64,000 nucleotides of DNA from Bugula neritina (taxonomy: Eukaryota > Animalia > Bryozoa), in NCBI GenBank assembly GCA_964035545.1, contig OZ037768.1:20195700-20259699 (forward strand). Reading direction: 5' to 3'. The notes below the pieces were generated by a model, which had not been told where the DNA came from, searched no databases, and saw nothing but the letters and a program-made list of their open reading frames with translations. Positions 1 through 14,800 of this stretch are shown in pieces. Both the position numbers and the translations under genes were made by a program. Within the stretch, counting starts at the first letter, position 1, and every line of letters begins with the position of its first letter.

Positions 1-15
1 AATATGTTTCAACAG

Positions 16-440
16 GTAGACCTCCTCAGGAGTATGCTGATTGGATTATGAAGCCGGAATCCTGGGGTGGGGGTATTGAGCTTTCAATTCTATGCAAACA
101 GTATTCTATGGAAATTGATGTGATTGATATTAAAAACACGAGAATTGAGAAGTTTGGAGAAGAGCATAGTAACAGAATATTGCTCCTGTATGACGGCATT
201 CACTACGACGCGCTATTTGAGGAAGACTCCCCTAAACCACGAACAATATTCCCATCTTCTAATGATGACATTTTGGCTAGGGCGCTGGCTTTGGCCGAAA
301 AAGAAAATGCTAATCGCCAGTTTACAGACACTAAAAATTTTAAGCTGAAATGTTTGAACTGTTCTAGAGGTTTAAATGGTGCTCTAGATGCCAAAGAGCA
401 TGCCGAGTTAACAGGCCATGTTAACTTTGGGGAGACCTAG
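16..440 (+). CDS. YOD1: Ubiquitin thioesterase OTU1/YOD1, terminal coding exon (gene starts left of window)
   Basis: Acceptor aacag at 11-15, then GRPPQEYADWIMKPESWGGGIELSIL...LLYDGIHYD (OTU His box). C-terminal C2H2 finger CLNC-x12-HAELTGH-VNFGE matches the YOD1/OTU1 architecture. Stop at 438-440; AATAAA at 658-663. Confidence 0.92.
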
Positions 441-904
441 CAGCTTTCAAGACCAGGTTTAATGGCTCCTCTCCGTAATATAAGATTGAATCAAGTGTGT
501 GATACAACATGCTAGTTTTTTACTCACTGTTTATATGTTATAAATTTTACTGAGAAGTCTAAATTAACTCGCTGGTGATCTCAAAACTATTTTAGCTCAT
601 TTTGCGAACGGTTTCTATAATATTGAATGTGTTTTGCTTAAGCTTAAGAATTTTTAGAATAAATGTGAAAATATTTTATTTAGACATAATTTATAAAACT
701 ATGATATTTCTTGAAAAAAGTTTTACATACTTTTTATAGAATATTGCGCTCTATTAGCTTATGCCATATAATTAAGAAAATAAAAATATATAATGATTAA
801 AAATGCCATAATTTGACATAACTAGAAACATAATACTTTATATACTCACAAGTCATTGTCAAAATGTTGAAAGAAATTTAAAAACAAGAAAAATAGAACC
901 AGAT

Positions 905-3900
905 TTATTTCTTTTTGGACGGCAGTATATTCATTTCTTTAGCAATAATAGAAAGCATCACTTCATCAGCACCCCCACCAATGGACAGTATCCTAAAGTC
1001 CCTGCAGAATGTAATATCAAACACTGTGAGTCAGATGTAGCTTTATTTAGATCTGGTAGTATTTTATTCATAGAAACTTGGGTAAGTGAGATCACAGTAA
1101 ATGCTATGATTACTTGGCACAACAACAAAATATCAGATATTAATAAAATCACAGTAAAATGTTATTTTGAAGAACTATAGTTCAACTTTTTTGAAGAATT
1201 ATCCTAATTTGCTGTTTATTTTTGTACTGTGTGTTGTAAAAATAGGTCACAGCATTGAAAACTGCAATGAGCCACGACAATGACACTGTTAAGAAAAAAG
1301 GTAAGACTATTGTAGGCAGAGTTATGATAGTTAAATTTATTCCCTTTGTTTACACCACCAGATTTGAGGTAGACATAATGTAGGCGAGTGAAAATATTTT
1401 AGTTACAATAAATGTTTGTTTGCCATCAACATTCATATATGTAGCATATTATTCACACCTATTTTAATATTTTCATTTAAAAGTGATGCCACATCTTAAC
1501 TTTCTTACATTATATATTACATTTTAGTTTAAGATCTGTGATAAAACTTTATTTACTATACAATTTTCTAACATTCTGATTGTGCTGATGTAAAAAACAA
1601 TTGAACAACTTTTAATTAAAGCAGAAAAATATTCATTTATGGCGGATTAAATCCAGGTAAAACAGAAAGGATAAAGAGAATATTCACCTGTAAAACCTGC
1701 TTACAAGTACGTCACTAGTGAAACCCATGCCACCCCAATACTGTAGACATGCATCTGGTATTTCTCTTGCCAACCGTCCAGCTTTTAACTTCACCATAGA
1801 AGCCATCTTTGTAACATTATGTCCCATACAGTACTGGGCTAATTGAGAATAAAAAGATGGTGTGCAAAAGAACTAAATATCAAGAGATTGGAGTTGTCAC
1901 ATTTTTACATGTATCAATTAGTAAACTTAGGTAGCCCACTTATGCAGTTCAACATACAAATCTGTGAGAAAAGTGTAGAGCATTTAAAATATAAAATATT
2001 ATAAATGCCCTCAACTAACTGTTGTGCTAATCAATTAAACTACTGTGACCAAATAACTATTATTAGTAAACTACTGCCCCAGCGTACAAGCTGATCTAGC
2101 ACTGTGGTTGATTACGCAGAACTATAAATTTTGCTCCATTAAAAGTAAGCAGGATATAATGAAACAGTAAATGCACTGACCTGTAGCTTTGTGAAGCAGA
2201 GACCTAAGAAGCTCGACTTCTGTGGCAAGTTCAGCAAGGCGGAAGTACACAGACTGATTATTGAGCACTGGTTGGCCAAAGGCTTTCCTCTGACCACAAT
2301 ACTCGGCTGTATCTCTGATGATCTTGTAGAATGGGACGACAGCTGCGATATTAACATTAACATAAATATTGACACAAGATTTAACATAAATTACGAAACA
2401 TATTTTGGAGATAAGAAACAATTTTGATTAACTAAAATACAAGCAGCAGCCATTAAATATCATTACAATTAATGCCTACTAAACTTTGTGAGCATCACAT
2501 TGTTTGTAAAATATGAAGAGCACATCGATTCAAAGAAAGGAACCTGTATTCTCTAAGGTAATATACAAATGTGTACTCGCTAGGAAAACGACTACCAATA
2601 TGAGAAGACAACTCTGAACAATAAAATACATCTTAGACATGCAGCAATAAAGAATTGCTTTTAGCAGATCTACCGGTCATTGCAGACGGTAATGAAAAGC
2701 TTACCATATAATCTTTCCATCAAAAATTGCAAGTAAACTGCGTAATTTTTCTTGGAAAATTGTTCAGATAAATTAAGGAGAAAAAAATGCTCTAACTCTA
2801 CGCTACTAATATACCAATTAGATATGTCTGACACTATCAGACATGACAACTAAAGTACCACAGAGTTAGTTACCTTGTGAAGAAGCTGTTTACTGTGGCT
2901 TAAGTTTATTGAATCTGATGACATACAAGTCTGACAGAAATAACCATACAGTACCTGCAGCGCCTGCCCATAGTCTCTCTTCCTGGAACTGCAACATCTG
3001 GTAGGTGAACCCCATGCCTTCCTCGCCGATGATGTGACTTGCAGGTACTTTAACGTCCTCGAGGAATATCATAGCAGTGTCTGAGCTGTGCATTCCTATC
3101 TTATCTATTAGCTCTACCTTGATACCTAACATCAGCAACAAAAAGAACCTGATATATTATAATAAGATAAAACACTAATTTTATACTTGAACAACTAAAT
3201 ATACATTTAAAGGAATATTACATTTAAAACTCATTAGAAGCAACATCACTATGGATTCCTTGAGAATATTTATCTCTTATACATTAATAAAATTTTTCTT
3301 AGTTCTAAATAAAAAATTTAATCAACTGCAAGATAATAGTAATTCATCAAAATAGAATATAAAATCTATGCCTTACAGCCATAATATATAAACAACCATA
3401 AGTAATCTTTGGTATGAATTTACAAAATTTTAATTTAGTCTAGTTAGTTTGAAACAACTGGGGCCAACTAAACAACACTGTCAACTAATGGCTATCTGCT
3501 TCAGAGACAGAAATATTGGAACTACACAAATTCAGAACCTTGAATATTGACCAAAATCAATAACCTGGTAGATCCATGGGCACGACAATAAGGGACTTGG
3601 AGGTGTGAGAGGGTCCTTTGTTGGTGTTGGCCAACAGGCAACAGTAATCGGCTTGGGCACCATTCGATATCCACATTTTTGACCCATTTATAATCAGGTC
3701 ATCTCCTTTTTTCACGGCAGTAGTTTTAATACCTAAAAATAGTTTATTTGCTAAACAATAGTGACCATAAAAACCAGCAAAGAAAAAATTACTTAAAAAG
3801 ATTTAAGTGAAAACATGGAATACTTTTACTGAAATTCAAAAAAACAAAAGTGTAACATTTAGCTCGCTTGTGAGTATCTCATCAAGGTACGATTACCAAA

Positions 3901-5420
3901 TATAAGACACATAAAATCTCACTAGCTACGTCAGAGCCTGCCGATGGTTCACTGACACCCAAACACACCACCTTGTCTCCAGATATGGTGGGCACAAGGT
4001 AATCCTTCTTCAATTTGTCATTTCCAAAGCGTGCCAGAGCTGGTGTTGCCATGTCTGTTTGCACGCCTATGGCCATCGGAATTGCGCCACAGTTTATATT
4101 TCCCAATTCTTCTGCAACTGCCATACTGTATGAGAAATTCAGACCGAGACCACCATATTCTAAAGTAATTCGAACATCCTCAAGTGGAAAGAAAGACAGC
4201 TCAGTCAGCAGTAAGCAATCTAGTCATATTCTCTGAAGGCCTCTGACAATGTGATATTTGTTGAACTACCATAAAGATCAGCATGACTTGTCAAGTAGTT
4301 ATTCAAAGGCCACAAGTTTTATTAAAGTTTCAGGTTTTAGTACAAAATTTCATACTTGTAACTGAAAACACGGTAGTTCTTGTAGTAGTTGATGCATATG
4401 CACACTTGGTTGATGCAGATAGACACTTGTGATTTAGCTCAAAGATTGCTCATCACATGAAGTGGATCAGAACGAATAGTAATAAATTCTGAGCTTGTAC
4501 ATGACACATTTGCTTAACAAAAATAGCAAGAAAATATAGGTTAAAACCTAAATTTGTAACTAACCTGTGGGTTTGGTCACTCCAAGAAAGCCAGCATCAC
4601 CCAACTTTTTAAAAAGCTTGTGGGCAGGAAATGATTTTGCCTTCTCCCATTCGTCAACATGAGGATTAATCTCTGTGTCTATTATCTGCAGAGAAAAGAG
4701 GAAGGTGATAGCTTTCAGTTGTGTACATTGTACCTGTTAATACTTGACAAATATAATGTTACTTTTATGAAATGATAAAATAATGCTTTGTATCAATTGA
4801 AGTTATCTGTTATCAAAAATTGAATTTACAAAATCAAATTTAATTTATTTGATTATATTTATACTGTGAACATTACTAATAATTAATAATTTTTTAATAA
4901 TAATAACATTAACATTACATTTAATATAAATTAAAAACAAAAATATTAAAATAAAACTTTTAGCTTTATTTATTACTTATTAGTCATTGCATTTACTGAG
5001 TTTTACTTTTAGTTTTATCAAGAAAAATATACCAAATTATTTATGGAGGTAAAATTAATTGATATCACTAATTAATGCAAAATTTTAAATAATTATCAAC
5101 TAACTTTTACTTTAATTCAAATTTCAAGTTGAACTTGTCTGAGTTTAACTCTGTCATTATGATTAAATTATTGATTATCATAATCATTATGATTATTATT
5201 ATCATTATGATTATCATTATGTAATGCCACGCCTACTTACTTTTCTAAGCGATGATTGAAGCTGTAAATGCTCTTCTGTGTAAAATCCCGCTGTATCTTT
5301 CTCTTCAAAAACAAATGACGAACTGTTTCTACTTTTCAACAACGATTGTGGTAAGCTTTTGGAGGCTCGGCGGTGAAAAGCTGACTCCAAACCTCGAAAA
5401 GTTTTGTGCATCGCGGCCAT
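905..5420 (-). CDS. Acyl-CoA dehydrogenase of LCAD/IVD catalytic type (acdh-6-like), 8 exons, 428 aa
   Basis: Exons 5241-5420, 4565-4685, 3923-4159, 3565-3732, 2955-3125, 2181-2342, 1688-1838, 905-1001. All introns GT-AG, phases consistent, total 1287 nt. Motifs: LGVSEPSAGSDVA, NGSKMWISNG, FQEERL (helix-G catalytic Glu), RKAFG, QYWGGMGF, SIGGGADEVM. The basic/Ser-rich N-terminus resembles a mitochondrial transit peptide. Confidence 0.92.
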
Positions 5421-7860
5421 TTTGCAGTGTTAACCCGTAGCAAAGGGTAAAAGGGCAAAGTATGGTATATACTATACATCATGTTGAACCGTAGTAGCTG
5501 CAAAGGAAATCTGTAGTTTCTTAGTAATGACAGTGAATATTTTTACAATTTTTATTATATAACATTATTAAGCATAAGCATAATATTATGTATATTCCAC
5601 TGCGTTATGCACTACATTTAGAATGAAAAGTGTTATATTTCTAAAATTATTGCTGTTATATGATTGTCTCCCCAATATTATAATTAGAGAAAACAACTAC
5701 AACATATAGTGAGAACTAATTTAATGATGTTGAAGTGTTATGCTATTTATTTAATTATAGCCTTTTTACTCTGTGAAAGGTAAAATACCAAAGGATAGGT
5801 GAGGGAAATTGCATATAATATACAGGTGAGATAGTTGATATGTGACACACAGTAATAACGTTATATTATTAGTGAAATATTGGTTCAACCAGCTAGGAAG
5901 CAACACTGTCCTACTTACAGACCTGATATAACAAGTTCTAATATGTCATGTGATTGTACCATTTTTTGCTCACTTTCATTATCACAAGTCAGCATGCATA
6001 TTGTTCCAAGCAATGATTATATTTCCAAAATTACATCTCCATGGTGACAGATGACAACCCTGAAACATTGATGTATATACATCAAAAAAATTCAGTGATA
6101 CATAGCTATTTAGCAGTACCCTACCTGTAAATATTATATTGTGTTATACGGCAAGAATGAGCAGGTTGTGGCTGCTATGATTTCTTTTCAATGTAATGTA
6201 ATTCTTGCCTTGAACATATTTCTTAAACTAGAGAAATATGTACATCAATATAACCAAAGACTGCAGTGTATATATCTTACTTAACATGTTTATGAGTGCA
6301 TAACATAATTATTATGGGTATGAGCACAATAAAATACAAGTAGAATAAGAGATATAAGCAGAATAAAATGTCCACCAAATAGCAACTATAACAAGTTATA
6401 AAAGCTAGCAAGCAAAATATTGAAATAGTGATAATTTATAACAAATAGTTGTGGAATGGGCTGAATGTTTGCAACACAGATTGCCGATAACGATAATATG
6501 AAGTTGCTTTTTCTTGATTTTTATGCTTTTAATCTGTGTACGGAGTTATCTCTTTTTTCTTTCGTGTTTAAGTCACTGGTCTCAATGACGAAGGGCGAAT
6601 CTTTGAGCAGTTTAGGCCACGATAATATCTGAGAAGCTGTAAGCAATAGATCCTTTAATCTATTTATATTACCTATAAATGTAACAATAATATATAAGAT
6701 CTAGTATTTATAATCATTGTATAAACACTTTTTGCACAAGAGTGAAGGTTTGCTTACCATGATTTGTTTCAAATCCTCCAGGCCAGTCCTCGGCTCGGAC
6801 CAGTAGGCGGGACTTTTTAGTAGGCGTGGCTTTTTACTTGCAGGAAAGTTTAAGTTTTGTAGGCAAGCTTGAGTATTTAATTTTATAATGATAAATGTGA
6901 TTGCCATAATGATAGTCGTTGTATTAAAACCTAGTTCAATTATAATAAATATTCTAGTATTGGTAATTATTGCCTGAGTTAAAGTTTCGTACAGAAACCT
7001 AGCTTTACAGTAGTTGGATGTATTGTATTTGTTGTTATACTTATAGTTATATAACAACAAATACTTATACTTATAGTTATTGTATGCTATAAAATTAAAT
7101 ACCATTACCATACCCATAGTCATACTCAAACTGATACTGATAGTGATACTTGATAAACATTTTTATTTTAAAAACTAAAAAAGAATACTTATACTAGACA
7201 TACTAATACTAATAGTAACACTAATAATTTATTTAAATGTCATTGAAGTTGAACTTTATTATATTTATTATGTTTATAACAATATCTATAAATTATAGTA
7301 TTAGTTATAAAACTAGAAGTTTATAAATATAATAATAGTTATAGTGATGGAAATTGCTTAATAGTAGCATCAATTTTAATATCGATAACTGTAAAATAAA
7401 TGACAAAAAGTTATTGACTGAGTAATAGCTATAGGTAATGACTGAACTCATTTTAAATATTAATATGCCATAGGCTGATAGTGACAGTTATAGTTATAGA
7501 GTTATAGTATTAATTATAAATACTTTTCAATAAGAAATAGTTGCTATAATGATTAAAATTTTTTTAGTAATAAAATTCATTTACAGGCTGTAGGTCTAAG
7601 GGTTCACTTAACGGCTGAGTAAACGAATGCTGTGTATAGACTCAAGTTTGATTTGCAGCTGGTGTGGCTGAGCTGCAACCACTAATAAGAATATAGGCGC
7701 GCATCTACTTTTAGCTATAAGTTTATGTTTTAGTTTCAAGTAAATAAATTAAAATAATTATTGTACTAATAGTAATATATTACTCTGGTTGAATTTTCAT
7801 TGTTCATTTTTTCTTTCAACGAGTTTGTTTGCAAATAACAGTGTTAATTTTTTTTAGGGA

Positions 7861-10800
7861 ATGTCTCAAGAAATCTTGCTATCCCTAAATGGAGCTCCAC
7901 AAAAAGGTGAGATTTTATGGCAACTTGTATTAACTATTAATTTCTAGTTATAGGTAACCAATGTATTAACCCGGCAATTAGAATACAATTTGCAAAAAAT
8001 AGATACACAATTTTTGAGACAATTTTAAGTATTGATACATATGAAATTGCTTCTGTCATATGCAGTTAAAGATATGTCATCATGTTAGCTTTGGTGGCCG
8101 TCAGTAAATGTAATATTAAACAACAAACAACTTTCTTTACATTCTACATTTAACAATGTTAGACACTTTTAATGACTATTTTTTATAAAATACTTTACAT
8201 CTTAAGTCTGCCCACTTATTGATGCATGCAAATATAAGTAAGTAACCTTGCCAACTCTAGTTAACTGCATTTAAGGAGTTGGTGATCGAACATGGTTGCT
8301 TGTTGATCATAATCAAGATGATTTTCTGTGCATCTGCAAAAGAAGTCTAGTAACTCGTAAAACAGTGTCAATTTTCTATTTTAAAAAATACACATTACCA
8401 ATCTAATCTTTCGGCATGGCATTTTTCTTAACTAAACTAACAAACTCTTACGATGCTACTTTGTAATATGTTTTTTAGCTACATTATATGGAAAATAATA
8501 TAATGGTAGTTGGGTTTGAATTATTGCAGCTAACTTGCTTAGATTTGTGGAATGAAATTTTATTTACTAGCCGGTCAACCTCAAAAAGGAAGCGTAAATA
8601 ATAAACTTAGCAAGTTAGCCCTGTAAGGGTGCAAACCCCACTCTCGGCATGTTATTTTCCTTATCATAATTCATAAAAGTATTTTCAAACAATAAACTAG
8701 CCTAACTTGTTGAATAGTAAATATATATAAATGTATAGACTGTGTTTGACTATATAGTTAGCTGCAGATTGCAGTTGTTTTTTACAGTCAAGTCCACAGA
8801 CTATGCCGCTGGACATACACTTGGTGACTACATCCGTGATAAAGCATTGCTGAAGGGTACAAAGCTCATGTGTAGAGAAGGGGGGTGTGGTGTATGCACT
8901 GTAACTATTACAGATGATTCTGGGGCTACATTTCCTGTCAATTCAGTGAGTTGTGTTTTACAATCATATTTTATCATTTTCTACCTGAAAAAAATCCCAT
9001 GTAGTTATAATTAGTAATAATAATTGCTTTTTTGTTTGTTTGCGAAATTTTACTAAGATTAGTTGTATAAGTGTGTGCGTTTATAAGTTGATCTTTCCGT
9101 AGCAAATAGGTGTTGACTAGAGCTGTTTGAAAAAGATAACTGGACTTGAATTTATCTAAGACAAACTTGCAGCTTGGTTACAGATTATTCTCATTCGTTA
9201 TGTCAATATTAGCATTAGGAGGATTTATTCCTTATCTTACCACTGTTTAGGCAGCAAAATTTTGGATTTAATCTGTAATTATTTAAAATTTGGAATGTTG
9301 CCAATAAATGTAAATGGTGTTTCTGTGTTGGTTATAGTGTCTGGTGCCGTTGCATAAGTGTAATGGCTGGAACGTGACTACTATCGAAGGGCTGGGAAAC
9401 AGCCAGTCCGGGTACCACAAGATCCAGGCTGACTTGGCTGATAAGAATGGCTCCCAGTGCGGCTACTGCAGCCCCGGCATGGTTATGACTATGTTTGGGT
9501 GAGAATGTAGTCTACAGTACATTGCATCTGTATAATAATAAAAAACACTTTTTAAGAGGTTTCTGTGCTAGAGTAACTCTCCTGGTGCAGGATATAGCCT
9601 TCTTGGTAACTGATGCTACACAACAAGCTATTACGGAACAGTTACTTGGTTTGATCAATTAAAACCAATAAATAAAGTCTATAAAAAAATCTTATAAATT
9701 TAACCAATCATTGCAGCTGCAACAAGAAATGTTTTTTGCAAACTGATTTAGTTTCTAAACTGCTTCTAGTTCGTTCTCTGAGATTTTTCCAAGTCGAAAC
9801 ATATTTAATTTCTTCTAGTTTACTTGTTCAATGTTGTTCATGCTAACCTGCTATTCTATTTAAGTTATTCAAGGTACTGTAGAGTTGAAAATATAGGTGA
9901 TGCATTGATAAAAAGTCTGGTAGATAAGATATTATGGGGAATCATTCTCTTTTGTTGTTTATAAATAGCTTATTGGCTTTAATGAGTGTGATAACAGGCA
10001 ATTTGGATATCTCATGAAATCTGTTCATATTGTAGAGCTCTGCAACAAGATAAAGAATATGCCAAGTCCAAACTTGAATCCAGTTTCTATGGCAATATCT
10101 GCAGGTGCACTGGGTACAGGCCTATTATGAAGGCCATGCATGACTGCTGTCAAGATATTGAGGTGATAGGAACTCATTGTGAATTGTATTCTGTGGTTAT
10201 AGCAATATAGTAAAAATTATTGGTGATTAGATATGAGAGTTATCACTGAGGGTTTGCTTATTCACCTTCAAGACTTTTGTGTGGGAAAATACTTTTAATG
10301 ATAAGGTGACTGTGTTTGGTTCAGGGAAAAAATTATTTTGGTGTGCTTTATGATATAAAGAAGGCTACATTTTGTAGGACATTACGTCTTGTGCTTCTAA
10401 AGGCTCCTGTTCTGCCATTAAACCCACTTCTAGTTGGGCCACTGCTGACGGCCCCCAATGGCTGAATCCCCAGAGCATTGATGAACTCAGGCAACTCATT
10501 CAGCAGGTAAACACTCGGCCTGCCTTAAAACATTCAATGAAAACTGAAAACGATATTAATTTCTAATAAAAATAATGTCAAGGAAAAGGTTCTTTTTTTA
10601 TGAATTTTGAAACTTAGTGAATTTTACTTTAGTTTTCTTAATCATTTGAATTGACATATGGCAGTATATTTCAGTACTACAGCAAAGGAAAAAATGCTTT
10701 GGTTTTATGTAACTTAGTGAGTTACGCTCATTTTTTTAACTGCCTCAATCTGTGAGTTGACATATATTTCAGCACACTGCAGACAAGTACATGATAGTGG

Positions 10801-11751
10801 CGGGTAACACTGGCGGTGGTGTGTACAAGAATGATGGACCATATGATGTCTTTGTTGATGTTAAAAATGTGCAAGGTTTCAGCACTGTTACTCTTTCAGA
10901 TGTGAGTGCTGATGGGTTATTAAACTTATATATATTGTACCGCATTATATACAGCTATAATACATTGTATGCAAGTATATTTTATACAGGCGTATATTAT
11001 TTACAAATGTATATTGTATGCGAATGCATTTTGGATGCAGACATATATTGTATGCAGTATTACTGTTTTAAACGTATGAAATATTTTAGAAGAAAATAAG
11101 AGTTTATAACATGTTGCATAATACCGAGTATGTAGAAATGAGTATCAATTCAACAAAAATAGACAGGCTTGAGGAAACAGAAATTAAAATTAATGATTCT
11201 TTCTTTTCTGTAAATATAGTATTTTAAAACTTTTTTCTGCAAATGTGTCATTTTTTTTAGCAATCAACGCATTATAAATCCTTCACCCAATTTAAGCTCT
11301 TTTTTCCGAATTGAAATTTTGCAACATAATTTCCACATTGATGAAATTTGTTCTTCAATGAAATAGCCTCATATCATGTAGGATAAAGCAAAGTTGATTG
11401 CGGGGGCTGGTGTCACCCTCACTCAACTCCTCAACAGTTTCCAAGACACATCAAAAGCCAACGCAGGTTTCCAGTACTTGGGTGAAGCTGCTTCGTATCT
11501 GGAGAAGGTTGCAAACCTGCAGATCAGAAACGTAAGTAATTATGTATTATTTCAAGCTGAATTTGTAGTCCTGTAACACATACCATGTCATATCTGCTAT
11601 GTAATATATACCAAGTAATGTATACTATGTATTATGTAATATATACCTTGTAATATATGCAATGTACTATTTACTATATAATATTTACTATGTAATATAT
11701 GCTATGTAATATATGCTATTTAATATATGCTATATATATGCTATATATATG

Positions 11752-11834
<83 letters not shown>

Positions 11835-14800
11835 ATTCACAGCTAAATCACTCTTCATAAATTTATTGTCTGTCAAAGTAACATATTTACTGCATCAGCT
11901 GGCAGCCATATTTGGTCAGAAATGCTGCTAGATTCAATTATCACAGACTGCTCTGAAATTCAAGCTTTTAGAATTCCTCAGTTTTGTAGCAAGTCACGAA
12001 AGTTTTAATTTGACTGATGATTCAATATTTAGATAGAAAAGTTGCAAGCATAGGTAGGCACCAAATTGTGGTGTTTTCTAGAAACTTGCCTGACACTATG
12101 GAATAAATCAACCGTGTTTCAAACCAAACCAAAACATATAAATATAATCTAAGGAAAAATCTACATTACATTGCTACACTATGTGTAAATGGCACTATTT
12201 TATACATGATATGTATAGTTTTAAACATTGCCAACTCTGGATGTATATATGTATAGCTAATCTAGTGTAAGGTTTTAAACTCCAAGACCTACATTACGGA
12301 AGCTTTGTAGGAAGTTCATTCTTTACTGGGCAGTGCTAAAATCTTAGAATAACATTTAAACCAGCTTATGTAGTTTTTTTTATATCAAGTGTTACGATTA
12401 CTGTATTTTATAGTATTAGTATTATATCTGCATGTAGTACACCTATACTTTCAGGTATATAATACTGTTTGCTTTGTTTGCATATGCAGATGGGAAGCTG
12501 GGCTGGTAATCTGATGATGAAACACAAGCATCGGGATTTCATCTCAGATGTATTCACTCTATTGGAATGTGTTGGAGCTACTCTGAACGTCTGTTAGTAT
12601 ATTATAATTGATTGATTTATTACACATTGTTGCAGGAGCTTTTTGTTGTAGCTTTGATAAAAGTTTTGTGTGATGAAAGCTGTTTGTGAAAGCTTTCGCA
12701 ATATCTTTTTACTAGTAGTTTTTGAGAGAGTTTAGCTCAATTTTCTTCGTGGTAAAGATGCAGGCAACTTTATTGTCCAAATAATTGTTACAGTTTGAGT
12801 TTTGTGAGAGAAATAAACTGTTAGCATTAGACAAAAAGTAGAGTTGTGGCCTGCATCTGTGCAACCAGCACACAGTATCAGTGCTACACATAGGCATCAG
12901 ACACGGAAACGTGTTGCGAAGTTCAGTGTAAATACTGACCTTATGAAGTAGACATGAACGAAAATGGGAAAAAATTCAAAACTCTGTAGGATTGTTTAAA
13001 ATAAAAGATCATTTAAAGTATGTACAATGTGGCGTAAACTATTTCTGCCCCCATGCTCCTCTGTATTCATTCAAAGTGAGGTTTTCATACTGTATGTAAG
13101 GGCAGAAGAATAAGTGGTGGCATCGTCAAAGAGGTGGGAGGGAAGGGTAGAGGTGGCTCACCATACATCCTATACTAAGTTGATGCTGTCTGCCTTAAAT
13201 TCTCCTCTTCTAATCAATATACTCTCCCACATGTGTTACAGATGATTGTGAGAAGAAATCTGCTCAACAAGTGACCTGTTCAGAATTCCTAAAAGTCAGT
13301 TCTGTGGGTCTCATTATTGAGAGTGTGGAGTTATCCGCTCGAAGTGGGTGGAGTCTTTACTCTTATAAAGCTATGCCAAGATACAGGGTGAGCTATACCA
13401 TCCTTACACAGTAATATAGATTGTAGAGGAAAAACAAACACACCAGTGCATTAGACTGGCTGCGTAACCATGTATTACAATCATATTAGCTTGTATTACT
13501 ATTTCATGATAATGTATTACTATTTTATGATAATGTATTACTCTCAATACTATTAAATTATTATGAACTATAATTCACAGTTTTATGGAACCAGGTAATA
13601 GCCAATGAGGCTTGACAACACACCAGTTACTCCCCTAACAGTAAAATGGATGCAAGCCAATATAATATCCATACTTTCACAGTGCAGTCAATTTTATAAC
13701 TCTTTTACTTTATTTTGGTAAAAATGTTTACTTATGCTGGTATTGAATTGCATCAAGAAACATGATAAATGGTGATAGCCAATCAGTTACAGTGACACAG
13801 TTTGAGATTAGATAATGACTCCTCCAGGCTCCAACTATACCTAACTCTTTCTCTGCCATAGCTATCTTACTCAATTTAATTCTGAATGGTTGGGTTTTAC
13901 TGCAATTTAGTCATAAAGTGCCTCTTTCAGTTGAAGATGAAGTTGTAAGTTGTATCTGTTTCAGAATGCGTACTCCATGCTCAGCCTGGCAGTGTTTATG
14001 CAGCTGGACGACACTGGAAAGGTTGTATCTCCACCTTCCGTGGTGTACGCTGGAGTCACAGAGGACTTTGTTAGTATTCCATTCAACATCATAATAAGTT
14101 GCCATTGGAGTATAGATGTGTGTAGTGTGTATATCTAGTGTGTGTATACGTTTACATTATCTTAAGAATAAAAATGATCAACTATTGAAATACTGTTTAG
14201 CAGATGCAGTTTCTTACAACTTATTCAAAGTGACTCACCGGTCTGCAAGGTTATTGGCTAGCTTGTGTTACTCTATTCATTCTGAAAGATGTGCTGAACT
14301 GATGAATATAGCTAATTATGTCCCCTGATTTACTACTAATTAGTGCATGTTTTTTCAGTTTCAAGCTACTAAAGGGCGACACACAACTGTTTTAATAGTG
14401 ACAGCTGTGTGCCTAATACTGATTTATTATAGCTGGCATTTCAATTTCAAAGCAGACCTGGCTAAGATTTTTTTTATTTAACCAGTGCTTGTAATGTGTC
14501 TGTAGTGTGTACAGATATGCATAGCATAGCTTATAATATAGCTAATGCTGAGGTGTCACTTTATCTAGTAATCTAGTAACATGTAGAACAATGAAACAAT
14601 GTTATTGAAAATGTTAATCACCTATCTTAACCAACACATTGATAATCGATGCAAATTTTTTCATAAATTTCCTATCACTATAGAATAAAATAACAGTGGT
14701 TCAACTACTTATTTTACTCGTATTTTTAATAATTAAACTGTGTAACTTTTAATTTACTGTATAAACAACTGCAGTTGACATATTGAAAACGTTTGACTTA

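Noticed and set aside
6701-7129. 142-aa minus-strand ORF
   Set aside because: Runs mostly through a low-complexity triplet tract; no domain or convincing splice context.
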